A stretch of 64,000 nucleotides of DNA from the human T2T-CHM13v2.0 reference genome, Homo sapiens: assembly GCF_009914755.1 (NCBI RefSeq), contig NC_060927.1. The stretch is one strand, 5' to 3'. The notes beneath the pieces are model-generated. The model was not told the origin of the DNA. It ran no database searches and saw only the letters and a list, made by a program, of their open reading frames with translations. Each line of letters starts with the position of its first letter. Positions within the stretch are counted from its first letter, which is position 1. The position numbers and the translations under genes are program-made. Of the stretch, positions 38,101 through 52,400 are shown in pieces.

Positions 38101-41100
38101 TCTCCGAAGCTGTTTTGTGACGCTTGCATTCAGCTGACAGAGTTTAAACTTCCTTTGATAGAGCAGTTTTGAAACACTCTTTTTGTGGAATTTGCAAGTG
38201 TATATTTAGAGCGTTTTGAGGCCTGCAGTAGGAAAGGAAATATCTTCACCTAAAAACTAGACAGAAGTATTGTCAGAAACTTATTTGTGATATTTGCATT
38301 CAACGCACGGAGTTGAACATTCCTCTTGATGGAGCCGTTTTGAGCACTCTTTTTGTGGAATCTGCAAGTGGATATTTGGACCTCTTTGTGGCCTTCGTGT
38401 GAAACGTGATTTCTTCATTTACAACTAGACAGAAGAATTCTCAGAAACTTCTTTGTGATGTGTACTTTCAACTCACAGAGTTGAAGCTTCCTTTCAATAG
38501 AGCACTTTTGAAACTCAGTTTCTGTAGAATTTCCAGGTGGATATTTAGCGCCGTTTGAGGCCTATGGTGGAAAAGGCAATATCTTCGTAGAAAAACTAGA
38601 CAGAATGATTCTCAGAAACAACTTTGTGATGTGTGCGTTCAACTCACGGAGTTTAACCTTTCTTTTGATAGACCAGTTATGAAACACTCTTTTTGTAGAA
38701 TCTGCAAGTAAATATTTGGACTTTTTTGAGGCCTTCATTGGAAACGGGATCTCTTCATATAAACCTTGACAGAAGAATTCCCAGAAACTTCTCTGTGATG
38801 TGTGCATTTAACTCTCAGAGTTCAACCTTCCTTTTGATAGAAGAGGGTTGAAATTTTCTTTTTGTAGAATTTCCAAGTGAATATTTAGAGCGGTTTCAGG
38901 CCTAAGTAGAAGAGAAAATATCTTCACAGAAAAACTAGACATAATTGTTCTCTGAAGCTACTTTGTGATGTGCTCATTCAGCTTACAGAGTTTAACCTTT
39001 CTTTGGATCGAGCGGTTTTAAACACTCTTTTTGTGGAATTTGCAATTCTATATTTAGAGTGCTTTCAGGCCTGTGGTACAAAAGGGAATGTCCTCACATA
39101 AAATCTAGACAGAAGCATTGTCGGAAACTACTTTGTGATACCTGCCTTCAACTCTCAGAGTTGAATGTTCCTCTTGATGGAGCAGTTTTGAAAAACTCTT
39201 TTTGTTGAATTTCCAAGTGGATATTTGGACCTCTTTGTGGCCTTCGTTTGAGACGTGACTTCTTCATACAAAAGTAGACAGAAGAATTCTCATCAACTTC
39301 TTCGTGATGTGTGCTTTCAACTCGCAGCGTTGAAGCTTCCTTTCGATAGAGCAGTTCTGTAACTCTCTTTTTGTAGAATTTCCAAGTGGATATTTAGTGC
39401 CGTTTGAGGCCAATGGTGGAAAAGGCAATATCTTCATAGAAAAACTAGACAGAATGATTCTCAGAAACTACTTTGTGATGTGTGCCTTCAACTCACAGAG
39501 TTTAACCTTTCTTTTGATAGAGCAGTTTTGAAAAACTCTTTTTGTAGAATCTGCAAGTGTATATTGGGACTTTTCTGAGGCCATCTTTGGAAACGGGATT
39601 TCTTCATATAAAACTTGAAAGAAGAATCCTCAGAAAATTATTTGCGATATGTGCATTTAACTCATGGAGTTGAAACTTCCTTTCGATAGAAGAGTTTTGA
39701 AATACTCTTTTTGTAGAATTTCCAAGTGGATTTTTACAGCGGTTTGAGGTCTATGGCAGCAAAAGGAATATCTTCACAGAAAAACTAGGCAGATTCATTC
39801 TCCGAAGCTGTTTTGTGATGCTTGCATTCAGCTGACAGAGTTTAAACTTCCTTTGATAGAGCAGTTTTGAAACACTCTTTTTGTGGAATTTGCAAGTGTA
39901 TATTTAGAGCGTTTTGAGGCCTGCAGTAGGAAAGGAAATATCTTCACCTAAAAACTAGGCAGAAGTATTGTCAGAAACTTATTTGTGATATTTGCATTCA
40001 ACGCACGGAGTTGAACATTCCTCTTGATGGAGCCGTTTTGAAGCACTCTTTATGTGGAATCTGCAAGTGGATATTTGGACCTCTTTGTGGCCTTCGTGTG
40101 AAACGTGCTTTCTTCATTTACAACTAGACAGAAGAATTCTCAGAAACTTCTTTGTGATGTGTACTTTCAACTCACAGAGTTGAAGCTTCCTTTCAATAGA
40201 GCACTTTTGAAACTCAGTTTCTGTAGAATTTCCAGGTGGATATTTAGCGCCGTTTGAGGCCTATGGTGGAGAAGGCAATATCTTCGTAGAAAAACTAGAC
40301 AGAATGATTCTCAGAAACAACTTTGTGATGTGTGCGTTCAACTCACGGAGTTTAACCTTTCTTTTGATAGACCAGTTATGAAACACTCTTTTTGTAGAAT
40401 CTGCAAGTAAATATTTGGACTTTTTTGAGGCCTTCATTGGAAACGGGATCTCTTCATATAAACCTTGACAGAAGAATTCCCAGAAACTTCTCTGTGATGT
40501 GTGCATTTAACTCTCAGTGTTCAACCTTCCTTTTGATAGAAGTGGGTTGAAATTTTCATTTGTAGAATTTCCAAGTGAATATTGAGAGCGGTTTCAGGCC
40601 TAAGTAGAAGAGAAAATATCTTCACAGAAAAACTAGACATAATTGTTCTCTGAATCTACTTTGTGATGTGCGCATTCAGCTTACAGAGTTTAACCTTTCT
40701 TTGGATCGAGCGGTTTTAAACACTCTTTTTGTGGAATTTGCAATTCTATATTTAGAGTGCTTTCAGGCCTGTGGTACAAAAGGGAATGTCCTCACATAAA
40801 ATCTAGACAGAAGCATTGTCGGAAACTACTTTGTGATACCTGCCTTCAACTCTCAGAGTTGAATGTTCCTCTTGATGGAGCAGTTTTGAAAAACTCTTTT
40901 TGTTGAATCTCCAAGTGGATATTTGGACCTCTTTGTGGCCTTCGTTTGAGACGTGACTTCTTCATACAAAAGTAGACAGAAGAATTCTCATCAACTTCTT
41001 CGTGATGTGTGCTTTCAACTCGCAGCGTTGAAGCTTCCTTTCGATAGAGCAGTTCTGTAACTCTCTTTTTGTAGAATTTCCAAGTGGATATTTAGCGCCG

Positions 41101-43985
41101 TTTGAGGCCAATGGTGGAAAAGGCAATATCTTCATAGAAAAACTAGACAGAATGATTCTCAGAAACTACTTTGTGATGTGTGCCTTCAACTCACAGAGTT
41201 TAACCTTTCTTTTGATAGAGCAGTTTTGAAAAACTCTTTTTGTAGAATCTGCAAGTGTATATTGGGACTTTTCTGAGGCCATCTTTGGAAACGGGATTTC
41301 TTCATATAAAACTTGAAAGAAGAATCCTCAGAAAATTATTTGTGATATGTGCATTTAACTCATGGAGTTGAAACTTCCTTTCGATAGAAGAGTTTTGAAA
41401 TACTCTTTTTGTAGAATTCCCAAGTGGATTTTTACAGCGGTTTGAGGTCTGTGGCTGCAAAAGGAATATCTTCACAGAAAAACTAGGCAGATCCATTCTC
41501 CGAAGCTGTTTTGTGACGCTTGCATTCAGCTGACAGAGTTTAAACTTCCTTTGATAGAGCAGTTTTGAAACACTCTTTTTGTGGAATTTGCAAGTGTATA
41601 TTTAGAGCGTTTTGAGGCCTGCAGTAGGAAAGGAAATATCTTCACCTAAAAACTAGACAGAAGTATTGTCAGAAACTTATTTGTGATATTTGCATTCAAC
41701 GCACGGAGTTGAACATTCCTCTTGATGGAGCCGTTTTGAGCACTCTTTTTGTGGAATCTGCAAGTGGATATTTGGACCTCTTTGTGGCCATCGTGTGAAA
41801 CGTGATTTCTTCATTTACAACTAGACAGAAGAATTCTCAGAAACTTCTTTGTGATGTGTACTTTCAACTCACAGAGTTGAAGCTTCCTTTCAATAGAGCA
41901 CTTTTGAAACTCAGTTTCTGTAGAATTTCCAGGTGGATATTTAGCGCCGTTTGAGGCCTATGGTGGAAAAGGCAATATCTTCGTAGAAAAACTAGACAGA
42001 ATGATTCTCAGAAACAACTTTGTGATGTGTGCGTTCAACTCACGGAGTTTAACCTTTCTTTTGATAGACCAGTTATGAAACAATCTTTTTGTAGAATCTG
42101 CAAGTAAATATTTGGACTTTTTTGAGGCCTTCATTGGAAACGGGATCTCTTCATATAAACCTTGACAGAAGAATTCCCAGAAACTTCTCTGTGATGTGTG
42201 CATTTAACTCTCAGAGTTCAACCTTCCTTTTGATAGAAGAGGGTTGAAATTTTCTTTTTGTAGAATTTCCAAGTGAATATTTAGAGCGGTTTCAGGCCTA
42301 AGTAGAAGAGAAAATATCTTCACAGAAAAACTAGACATAATTGTTCTCTGAAGCTACTTTGTGATGTGCTCATTCAGCTTACAGAGTTTAACCTTTCTTT
42401 GGATCGAGCGGTTTTAAACACTCTTTTTGTGGAATTTGCAATTCTATATTTAGAGTGCTTTCAGGCCTGTGGTACAAAAGGGAATGTCCTCACATAAAAT
42501 CTAGACAGAAGCATTGTCGGAAACTACTTTGTGATACCTGCCTTCAACTCTCAGAGTTGAATGTTCCTCTTGATGGAGCAGTTTTGAAAAACTCTTTTTG
42601 TTGAATCTCCAAGTGGATATTTGGACCTCTTTGTGGCCTTCGTTTGAGACGTGACTTCTTCATACAAAAGTAGACAGAAGAATTCTCATCAACTTCTTCG
42701 TGATGTGTGCTTTCAACTCGCAGCGTTGAAGCTTCCTTTCGATAGAGCAGTTCTGTAACTCTCTTTTTGTAGAATTTCGAAGTGGATATTTAGTGCCGTT
42801 TGAGGCCAATGGTGGAAAAGGCAATATCTTCATAGAAAAACTAGACAGAATTATTCTCAGAAACTACTTTGTGTTGTGTGCCTTCAACTCACAGAGTTTA
42901 ACCTTTCTTTTGATAGAGCAGTTTTGAAAAACTCTTTTTGTAGAATCTGCAAGTGTATATTGGGACTTTTCTGAGGCCATCTTTGGAAACGGGATTTCTT
43001 CATATAAAACTTGAAAGAAGAATCCTCAGAAAATTATTTGCGATATGTGCATTTAACTCATGGAGTTGAAACTTCCTTTCGATAGAAGAGTTTTGAAATA
43101 CTCTTTTTGTAGAATTTCCAAGTGGATTTTTACAGCGGTTTGAGGTCTATGGCAGCAAAAGGAATATCTTCACAGAAAAACTAGGCAGATTCATTCTCCG
43201 AAGCTGTTTTGTGATGCTTGCATTCAGCTGACAGAGTTTAAACTTCCTTTGATAGAGCAGTTTTGAAACACTCTTTTTGTGGAATTTGCAAGTGTATATT
43301 TAGAGCGTTTTGAGGCCTGCAGTAGGAAAGGAAATATCTTCACCTAAAAACTAGACAGAAGTATTGTCAGAAACTTATTTGTGATATTTGCATTCAACGC
43401 ACGGAGTTGAACATTCCTCTTGATGGAGCCGTTTTGAAGCACTCTTTTTGTGGAATCTGCAAGTGGATATTTGGACCTCTTTGAGGCCTTCGTGTGAAAC
43501 GTGCTTTCTTCATTTACAACTAGACAGAAGAATTCTCAGAAACTTCTTTGTGATGTGTACTTTCAACTCACAGAGTTGAAGCTTCCTTTCAATAGAGCAC
43601 TTTTGAAACTCAGTTTCTGTAGAATTTCCAGGTGGATATTTAGCGCCGTTTGAGGCCTATGGTGGAGAAGGCAATATCTTCGTAGAAAAACTAGACAGAA
43701 TGATTCTCAGAAACAACTTTGTGATGTGTGCGTTCAACTCACGGAGTTTAACCTTTCTTTTGATAGACCAGTTATGAAACACTCTTTTTGTAGAATCTGC
43801 AAGTAAATATTTGGACTTTTTTGAGGCCTTCATTGGAAACGGGATCTCTTCATATAAACCTTGACAGAAGAATTCCCAGAAACTTCTCTGTGATGTGTGC
43901 ATTTAACTCTCAGTGTTCAACCTTCCTTTTGATAGAAGTGGGTTGAAATTTTCATTTGTAGAATTTCCAAGTGAATATTGAGAGC
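26170..43985 (+). repeat. 2-HOR super-repeat 'C', period 3396 bp (~5 copies, one interrupted)
   Basis: ORF anchors alternate +1699/+1697 (26675, 28374, 30071, 31770, 33467 ... 36865, 38562, 40261, 41958, 43657). Both units carry cctgcagtagg. One has tgctcattc/tagtgccg/tttgcgat, the other ggagaagg/cagtgttc/ttttcattt/gatccatt/tgacgc/ttttgagcac. Confidence 0.94.
34262..36045 (+). repeat. Haplotype-B-like tract (~1 HOR) embedded in the C super-repeat
   Basis: B markers run from gcagttttgtaac (34262) through tatctt, gctcgc, agagagc, ctgtggtg and gactgc to tagacaaact (36045). C markers resume by 36249 (tttgcgat). Confidence 0.9.
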
Positions 43986-46900
43986 GGTTTCAGGCCTAAG
44001 TAGAAGAGAAAATATCTTCACAGAAAAACTAGACATAATTGTTCTCTGAAGCTACTTTGTGATGTGCGCATTCAGCTTACAGAGTTTAACCTTTCTTTGG
44101 ATCGAGCGGTTTTAAACACTCTTTTTGTGGAATTTGCAATTCTATATTTAGAGTGCTTTCAGGCCTGTGGTACAAAAGGGAATGTCCTCACATAAAATCT
44201 AGACAGAAGCATTGTCGGAAACTACTTTGTGATACCTGCCTTCAACTCTCAGAGTTGAATGTTCCTCTTGATGGAGCAGTTTTGAAAAACTCTTTTTGTT
44301 GAATCTCCAAGTAGATTTTTGGACCTCTTTGTGGCCTTCGTTTGAGACGTGACTTCTTCATACAAAAGTAGACAGAAGAATTCTCATCAACTTCTTCGTG
44401 ATGTGTGCTTTCAACTAGCATCGTTGAAGCTTCCTTTCGATAGAGCAGTTCTGTAACTCTCTTTTTGTAGAATTTCCAAGTGGATATTTAGCGCCGTTTG
44501 AGGCCAATGGTGGAAAAGGCAATATCTTCATAGAAAAACTAGACAGAATGATTCTCAGAAACTACTTTGTGATGTGTGCCTTCAACTCACAGAGTTTAAC
44601 CTTTCTTTTGATAGAGCAGTTTTGAAAAACTCTTTTTGTAGAATCTGCAAGTGTATATTGGGACTTTTCTGAGGCCATCTTTGGAAACGGGATTTCTTCA
44701 GATAAAACTTGAAAGAAGAATCCTCAGAAAATTATTTGTGATATGTGCATTTAACTCATGGAGTTGAAACTTCCTTTCGATAGAAGAGTTTTGAAATACT
44801 CTTTTTGTAGAATTCCCAAGTGGATTTTTACAGCGGTTTGAGGTCTATGGCAGCAAAAGAAATATCTTCACAGAAAAACTAGGCAGATTCATTCTCCGAA
44901 GCTGTTTTGTGATGCTTGCATTCAGCTGACAGAGTTTAAACTTCCTTTGATAGAGCAGTTTTGAAACACTCTTTTTGTGGAATTTGCAAGTGTCTATTTA
45001 GAGCGTTTTGAGGCCTACAGTAGGAAAGGAAATATCTTCACCTAAAAACTAGACAGAAGTATTGTCAGAAACTTATTTGTGATATTTGCATTCAACGCAC
45101 GGAGTTGAACATTCCTCTTGATGGAGCCGTTTTGAAGCACTCTTTTTGTGGAATCTGCAAGTGGATATTTGGACCTCTTTGTGGCCTTCGTGGGAAACGT
45201 GATTTCTTCATTTACAACTAGACAGAAGAATTCTCAGAAACTTCTTTGTGATGTGTACTTTCAACTCACAGAGTTGAAGCTTCCTTTCAATAGAGCACTT
45301 TTGAAACTCAGTTTCTGTAGAATTTCCAGGTGGATATTTAGCGCCGTTTGAGGCCTATGGTGGAAAAGGCAATATCTTCGTAGAAAAACTAGACAGAATG
45401 ATTCTCAGAAACAACTTTGTGATGTGTGCGTTCAACTCACGGAGTTTAACCTTTCTTTTGATAGACCAGTTATGAAACACTCTTTTTGTAGAATCTGCAG
45501 GTAAATATTTGGACTTTTTTGAGGCCTTCATTGGAAACGGGATCTCTTCATATAAACCTTGACAGAAGAATTCCCAGAAACTTCTCTGTGATGTGTGCAT
45601 TTAACTCTCAGAGTTCAACCTTCCTTTTGATAGAAGAGGGTTGAAATTTTCTTTTTGTAGAATTTCCAAGTGAATATTTAGAGCGGTTTCAGGCCTAAGT
45701 AGAAGAGAAAATATCTTCACAGAAAAACTAGACATAATTGTTCTCTGAAGCTACTTTGTGATGTGCGCATTCAGCTTACAGAGTTTAACCTTTCTTTGGA
45801 TCGAGCGGTTTTAAACACTCTTTTTGTGGAATTTGCAATTCTATATTTAGAGTGCTTTCAGGCCTGTGGTACAAAAGGGAATGTCCTCACATAAAATCTA
45901 GACAGAAGCATTGTCGGAAACTACTTTGTGATACCTGCCTTCAACTCTCAGAGTTGAATGTTCCTCTTGATGGAGCAGTTTTGAAAAACTCTTTTTGTTG
46001 AATCTCCAAGTGGATATTTGGACCTCTTTGTGGCCTTCGTTTGAGACGTGACTTCTTCATACAAAAGTAGACAGAAGAATTCTCATAAACTTCTTCGTGA
46101 TGTGTGCTTTCAACTCGCAGCGTTGAAGCTTCCTTTCGATAGAGCAGTTCTGTAACTCTCTTTTTGTAGAATTTCCAAGTGGATATTTAGCGCCGTTTGA
46201 GGCCAATGGTGGAAAAGGCAATATCTTCATAGAAAAACTAGACAGAATGATTCTCAGAAGCTACTTTGTGATGTGTGCCTTCAACTCACAGAGTTTAACC
46301 TTTCTTTTGATAGAGCAGTTTTGAAAAACTCTTTTTGTAGAATCTGCAAGTGTATATTGGGACTTTTCTGAGGCCATCTTTGGAAACGGGATTTCTTCAT
46401 ATAAAACTTGAAAGAAGAATCCTCAGAAAATTATTTGTGATATGTGCATTTAACTCATGGAGTTGAAACTTCCTTTCGATAGAAGAGTTTTGAAATACTC
46501 TTTTTGTAGAATTCCCAAGTGGATTTTTACAGCGGTTTGAGGTCTATGGCAGCAAAAGAAATATCTTCACAGAAAAACTAGGCAGATTCATTCTCCGAAG
46601 CTGTTTTGTGATGCTTGCATTCAGCTGACAGAGTTTAAACTTCCTTTGATAGAGCAGTTTGGAAACACTCTTTTTGTGGAATTTGCAAGTGTATATTTAG
46701 AGCGTTTTGAGGCCTACAGTAGGAAAGGAAATATCTTCACCTAAAAACTAGACAGAAGTATTGTCAGAAACTTATCTGTGATATTTGCATTCAACGCACG
46801 GAGTTGAACATTCCTCTTGATGGAGCCGTTTTGAAGCACTCTTTTTGTGGAATCTGCAAGTGGATATTTGGACCTCTTTGTGGCCTTCGTGTGAAACGTG

Positions 46901-48539
46901 ATTTCTTCATTTACAACTAGACAGAAGAATTCTCAGAAACTTCTTTGTGATGTGTACTTTCAACTCACAGAGTTGAAGCTTCCTTTCAATAGAGCACTTT
47001 TGAAACTCAGTTTCTGTAGAATTTCCAGGTGGATATTTAGCGCCGTTTGAGGCCTATGGTGGAAAAGGCAATATCTTCGTAGAAAAACTAGACAGAATGA
47101 TTCTCAGAAACAACTTTGTGATGTGTGCGTTCAACTCACGGAGTTTAACCTTTCTTTTGATAGACCAGTTATGAAACACTCTTTTTGTAGAATCTGCAAG
47201 TAAATATTTGGACTTTTTTGAGGCCTTCATTGGAAACGGGATCTCCTCATATAAACCTTGACAGAAGAATTCTCAGAAACTTCTCTGTGATGTGTGCATT
47301 TAACTCTCAGAGTTCAACCTTCCTTTTGATAGAAGAGGGTTGAAATTTTCTTTTTGTAGAATTTCCAAGTGAATATTTAGAACGGTTTCAGGCCTAAGTA
47401 GAAGAGAAAATATCTTCACAGAAAAACTAGACATAATTGTTCTCTGAAGCTACTTTGTGATGTGCGCATTCAGCTTACAGAGTTTAACCTTTCTTTGGAT
47501 CGAGCGGTTTTAAACACTCTTTTTGTGGAATTTGCAATTCTATATTTAGAGTGCTTTCAGGCCTGTGGTACAAAAGGGAATGTCCTCACATAAAATCTAG
47601 ACAGAAGCATTGTCGGAAACTACTTTGTGATACCTGCCTTCAACTCTCAGAGTTGAATGTTCCTCTTGATGGAGCAGTTTTGAAAAACTCTTTTTGTTGA
47701 ATCTCCAAGTGGATATTTGGACCTCTTTGTGGCCTTCGTTTGAGACGTGACTTCTTCATACAAAAGTAGACAGAAGAATTCTCATCAACTTCTTCGTGAT
47801 GTGTGCTTTCAACTCGCAGCGTTGAAGCTTCCTTTCGATAGAGCAGTTCTGTAACTCTGTTTTTGTAGAATTTCCAAGTGGATATTTAGCGCCGTTTGAG
47901 GCCAATGGTGGAAAAGGCAATATCTTCATAGAAAAACTAGACAGAATGATTCTCAGAAACTACTTTGTGATGTGTGCCTTCAACTCACAGAGTTTAACCT
48001 TTCTTTTGATAGAGCAGTTTTGAAAAACTCTTTTTGTAGAATCTGCAAGTGTATATTGGGACTTTTCTGAGGCCATCTTTGGAAACGGGATTTCTTCAGA
48101 TAAAACTTGAAAGAAGAATCCTCAGAAAATTATTTGTGATATGTGCATTTAACTCATGGAGTTGAAACTTCCTTTCGATAGAAGAGTTTTGAAATACTCT
48201 TTTTGTAGAATTCCCAAGTGGATTTTTACAGCGGTTTGAGGTCTATGGCAGCAAAAGAAATATCTTCACAGAAAAACTAGGCAGATTCATTCTCCGAAGC
48301 TGTTTTGTGATGCTTGCATTCAGCTGACAGAGTTTAAACTTCCTTTGATAGAGCAGTTTTGAAACACTCTTTTTGTGGAATTTGCAAGTGTATATTTAGA
48401 GCGTTTTGAGGCCTACAGTAGGAAAGGAAATATCTTCACCTAAAAACTAGACAGAAGTATTGTCAGAAACTTATTTGTGATATTTGCATTCAACGCACGG
48501 AGTTGAACATTCCTCTTGATGGAGCCGTTTTGAAGCACT

Positions 48540-51500
48540 CTTTTTGTGGAATCTGCAAGTGGATATTTGGACCTCTTTGTAGCCTTCGTGGGAAACGTGA
48601 TTTCTTCATTTACAACTAGACAGAAGAATTCTCAGAAACTACTTTGTGATGTGTACTTTCAACTCACAGAGTTGAAGCTTCCTTTCAATAGAGCACCTTT
48701 GAAACTCAGTTTCTGTAGAATTTCCAGGTGGATATTTAGCGCCGTTTGAGGCCTATGGTGGAAAAGGCAATATCTTCGTAGAAAAACTAGACAGAATGAT
48801 TCTCAGAAACAACTTTGTGATGTGTGCGTTCAACACTCGGAGTTTAACCTTTCTTTTGATAGACTAGTTATGAAACACTCTTTTTGTAGAATCTGCAAGT
48901 AAATATTTGGACTTTTTTGAGGCCTTCATTGGAAACGGGATCTCTTCATATAAACCTTGACAGAAGAATTCCCAGAAACTTCTCTGTGATGTGTGCATTT
49001 AACTCTCAGAGTTCAACCTTCCTTTTGATAGAAGAGGGTTGAAATATTCTTTTTGTAGAATTTCCAAGTGAATATTTAGAGCGGTTTCAGGCCTATGTAG
49101 AAGAGAAAATATCTTCACAGAAAAACTAGACATAATTGTTCTCTGAAGCTACTTTGTGATGTGCGCATTCAGCTTACAGAGTTTAACCTTTCTTTGGATA
49201 GAGCGGTTTTAAACACTCTTTTTGTGGAATTTGCAATTCTATATTTAGAGTGCTTTCAGGCCTGTGGTACAAAAGGGAATGTCCTCACATAAAATCTAGA
49301 CAGAAGCATTGTCGGAAACTACATTGTGATACCTGCCTTCAACTCTCAGAGTTGAATATTCCTCTTGATGGAGCAGTTTTGAAAAACTCTTTTTGTTGAA
49401 TCTCCAAGTGGATATTTGGACCTCTTTGTGGCCTTCGTTTGAGACGTGACTTCTTCATACAAAAGTAGACAGAAGAATTCTCATCAACTTCTTCGTGATG
49501 TGTGCTTTCAACTCGCAGCGTTGAAGCTTCCTTTCGATAGAGCAGTTCAGTAACTCTCTTTTTGTAGAATTTCCAAGTGGATATTTAGCGCCGTTTGAGG
49601 CCAATGGTGGAAAAGGCAATATCTTCATAGAAAAACTAGACAGAATGATTCTCAGAAACTACTTTGTGATGTGTGCCTTCAACTCACAGAGTTTAACCTT
49701 TCTTTTGATAGAGCAGTTTTGAAAAACTCTTTTTGTAGAATCTGCAAGTGTATATTGGGACTTTTCTGAGGCCATCTTTGGAAACGGGATTTCTTCAGAT
49801 AAAACTTGAAAGAAGAATCCTCAGAAAATTATTTGTGATATGTGCATTTAACTCATGGAGTTGAAACTTCCTTTCGATAGAAGAGTTTTGAAATACTCTT
49901 TTTGTAGAATGTCCAAGTGGATTTTTACAGCGGTTTGAGGTCTATGGCAGCAAAAGAAATATCTTCACAGAAAAACTAGGCAGATTCATTTTCCGAAGCT
50001 GTTTTGTGAGGCTTGCATTCAGCTGACAGAGTTTAAACTTCCTTTGATAGAGCAGTTTGGAAACACTCTTTTTGTGGAATTTGCAAGTGTATATTTAGAG
50101 CGCTTTGAGGCCTACAGTAGGAAAGGAAATATCTTCACCTAAAAACTAGACAGAAGTATTGTCAGAAACTTATTTGTGATATTTGCATTCAACGCACGGA
50201 GTTGAACATTCCTCTTGATGGAGCCGTTTTGAAGCACTCTTTTTGTGGAATCTGCAAGTGGATATTTGGACCTCTTTGTGGCCTTCGTGGGAAACGTGAT
50301 TTCTTCATTTACAACTAGACAGAAGAATTCTCAGAAACTTCTTTGTGATGTGTACTTTCAACTCACAGAGTTGAAGCTTCCTTTCAATAGAGCACTTTTG
50401 AAACTCAGTTTCTGTAGAATTTCCAGGTGGATATTTAGCGCCGTTTGAGGCCTATGGTGGAAAAGGCAATATCTTCGTAGAAAAACTAGACAGAATGATT
50501 CTCAGAAACAACTTTGTGATGTGTGCGTTCAACTCACGGAGTTTAACCTTTCTTTTGATAGACCAGTTATGAAACACTCTTTTTGTAGAATCTGCAAGTA
50601 AATATTTGGACTTTTTTGAGGCCTTCATTGGAAACGGGATCTCTTCATATAAACCTTGAGAGAAGAATTCCCAGAAACTTCTCTGTGATGTGTGCATTTA
50701 ACTCTCAGAGTTCAACCTTCCTTTTGATAGAAGAGGGTTGAAATATTCTTTTTGTAGAATTTCCAAGTGAATATTTAGAGCGGTTTCAGGCCTAAGTAGA
50801 AGAGAAAATATCTTCACAGAAAAACTAGACATAATTGTTCTCTGAAGCTACTTTGTGATGTGCGCATTCAGCTTACAGAGTTTAACCTTTCTTTGGATCG
50901 AGCGGTTTTAAACACTCTTTTTGTGGAATTTGCAATTCTATATTTAGAGTGCTTTCAGGCCTGTGGTACAAAAGGGAATGTCCTCACATAAAATCTAGAC
51001 AGAAGCATTGTCGGAAACTACTTTGTGATACCTGCCTTCAACTCTCAGAGTTGAATGTTCCTCTTGATGGAGCAGTTTTGAAAAACTCTTTTTGTTGAAT
51101 CTCCAAGTGGATATTTGGACCTCTTTGTGGCCTTCATTTGAGACGTGACTTCTTCATACAAAAGTAGACAGAAGAATTCTCATCAACTTCTTCGTGATGT
51201 GTGCTTTCAACTCGCAGCGTTGAAGCTTCCTTTCGATAGAGCAGTTCTGTAACTCTCTTTTTGTAGAATTTCCAAGTGGATATTTAGCGCCGTTTGAGGC
51301 CAATGGTGGAAAAGGCAATATCTTCATAGAAAAACTAGACAGAATGATTCTCAGAAACTACTTTGTGATGTGTGCCTTCAACTCACAGAGTTTAACCTTT
51401 CTTTTGATAGAGCAGTTTTGAAAAACTCTTTTTGTAGAATCTGCAAGTGTATATTGGGACTTTTCTGAGGCCATCTTTGGAAACGGGATTTCTTCAGATA

Positions 51501-52400
51501 AAACTTGAAAGAAGAATCCTCAGAAAATTATTTGTGATATGTGCATTTAACTCATGGAGTTGAAACTTCCTTTCGATAGAAGAGTTTTGAAATACTCTTT
51601 TTGTAGAATTTCCAAGTGGATTTTTACAGCGGTTTGAGGTCTATGGCAGAAAAAGAAATATCTTCACAGAAAAACAAGGCAGATTCATTCTCCGAAGCTG
51701 CTTTGTGATGCTTGCATTCAGCTGACAGAGTTTAAACTTCCTTTGATAGAGCAGTTTTGAAACACTCTTTTTGTGGAATTTGCAAGTGTATATTTAGAGC
51801 GTTTTGAGGCCTACAGTAGGAAAGGAAATACCTTCACCTAAAAACTAGACAGAAGTATTGTCAGAAACTTATTTGTGATATTTGCATTCAACGCACGGAG
51901 TTGAACATTCCTCTTGATGGAGCCGTTTTGAAGCACTCTTTTTGTGGAATCTGCAAGTGGATATTTGGACCTCTTTGTGGCCTTCGTGGGAAACGTGATT
52001 TCTTCATTTACAACTAGACAGAAGAATTCTCAGAAACTTCTTTGTGATGTGTACTTTCAACTCACAGAGTTGAAGCTTCCTTTCAATAGAGCACCTTTGA
52101 AACTCAGTTTCTGTAGAATTTCCAGGTGGATATTTAGCGCCGTTTGAGGCCTATGGTGGAAAAGGCAATATCTTCGTAGAAAAACTAGACAGAATGATTC
52201 TCAGAAACAACTTTGTGATGTGTGCGTTCAACACTCGGAGTTTAACCTTTCTTTTGATAGACTAGTTATGAAACACTCTTTTTGTAGAATCTGCAAGTAA
52301 ATATTTGGACTTTTTTGAGGCCTTCATTGGAAACGGGATCTTTTCATATAAACCTTGACAGAAGAATTCCCAGAAAATTCTCTGTGATGTGTGCATTTAA
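48540..52400 (+). repeat. Distal A2-A1-A2 block of the A super-repeat
   Basis: caacactcgg at 48831 and 52229 (3398 apart). A1 markers ttcatttgag (~51135), aaaacaagg (~51672) and ataccttc (~51830) lie between them. Confidence 0.9.
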
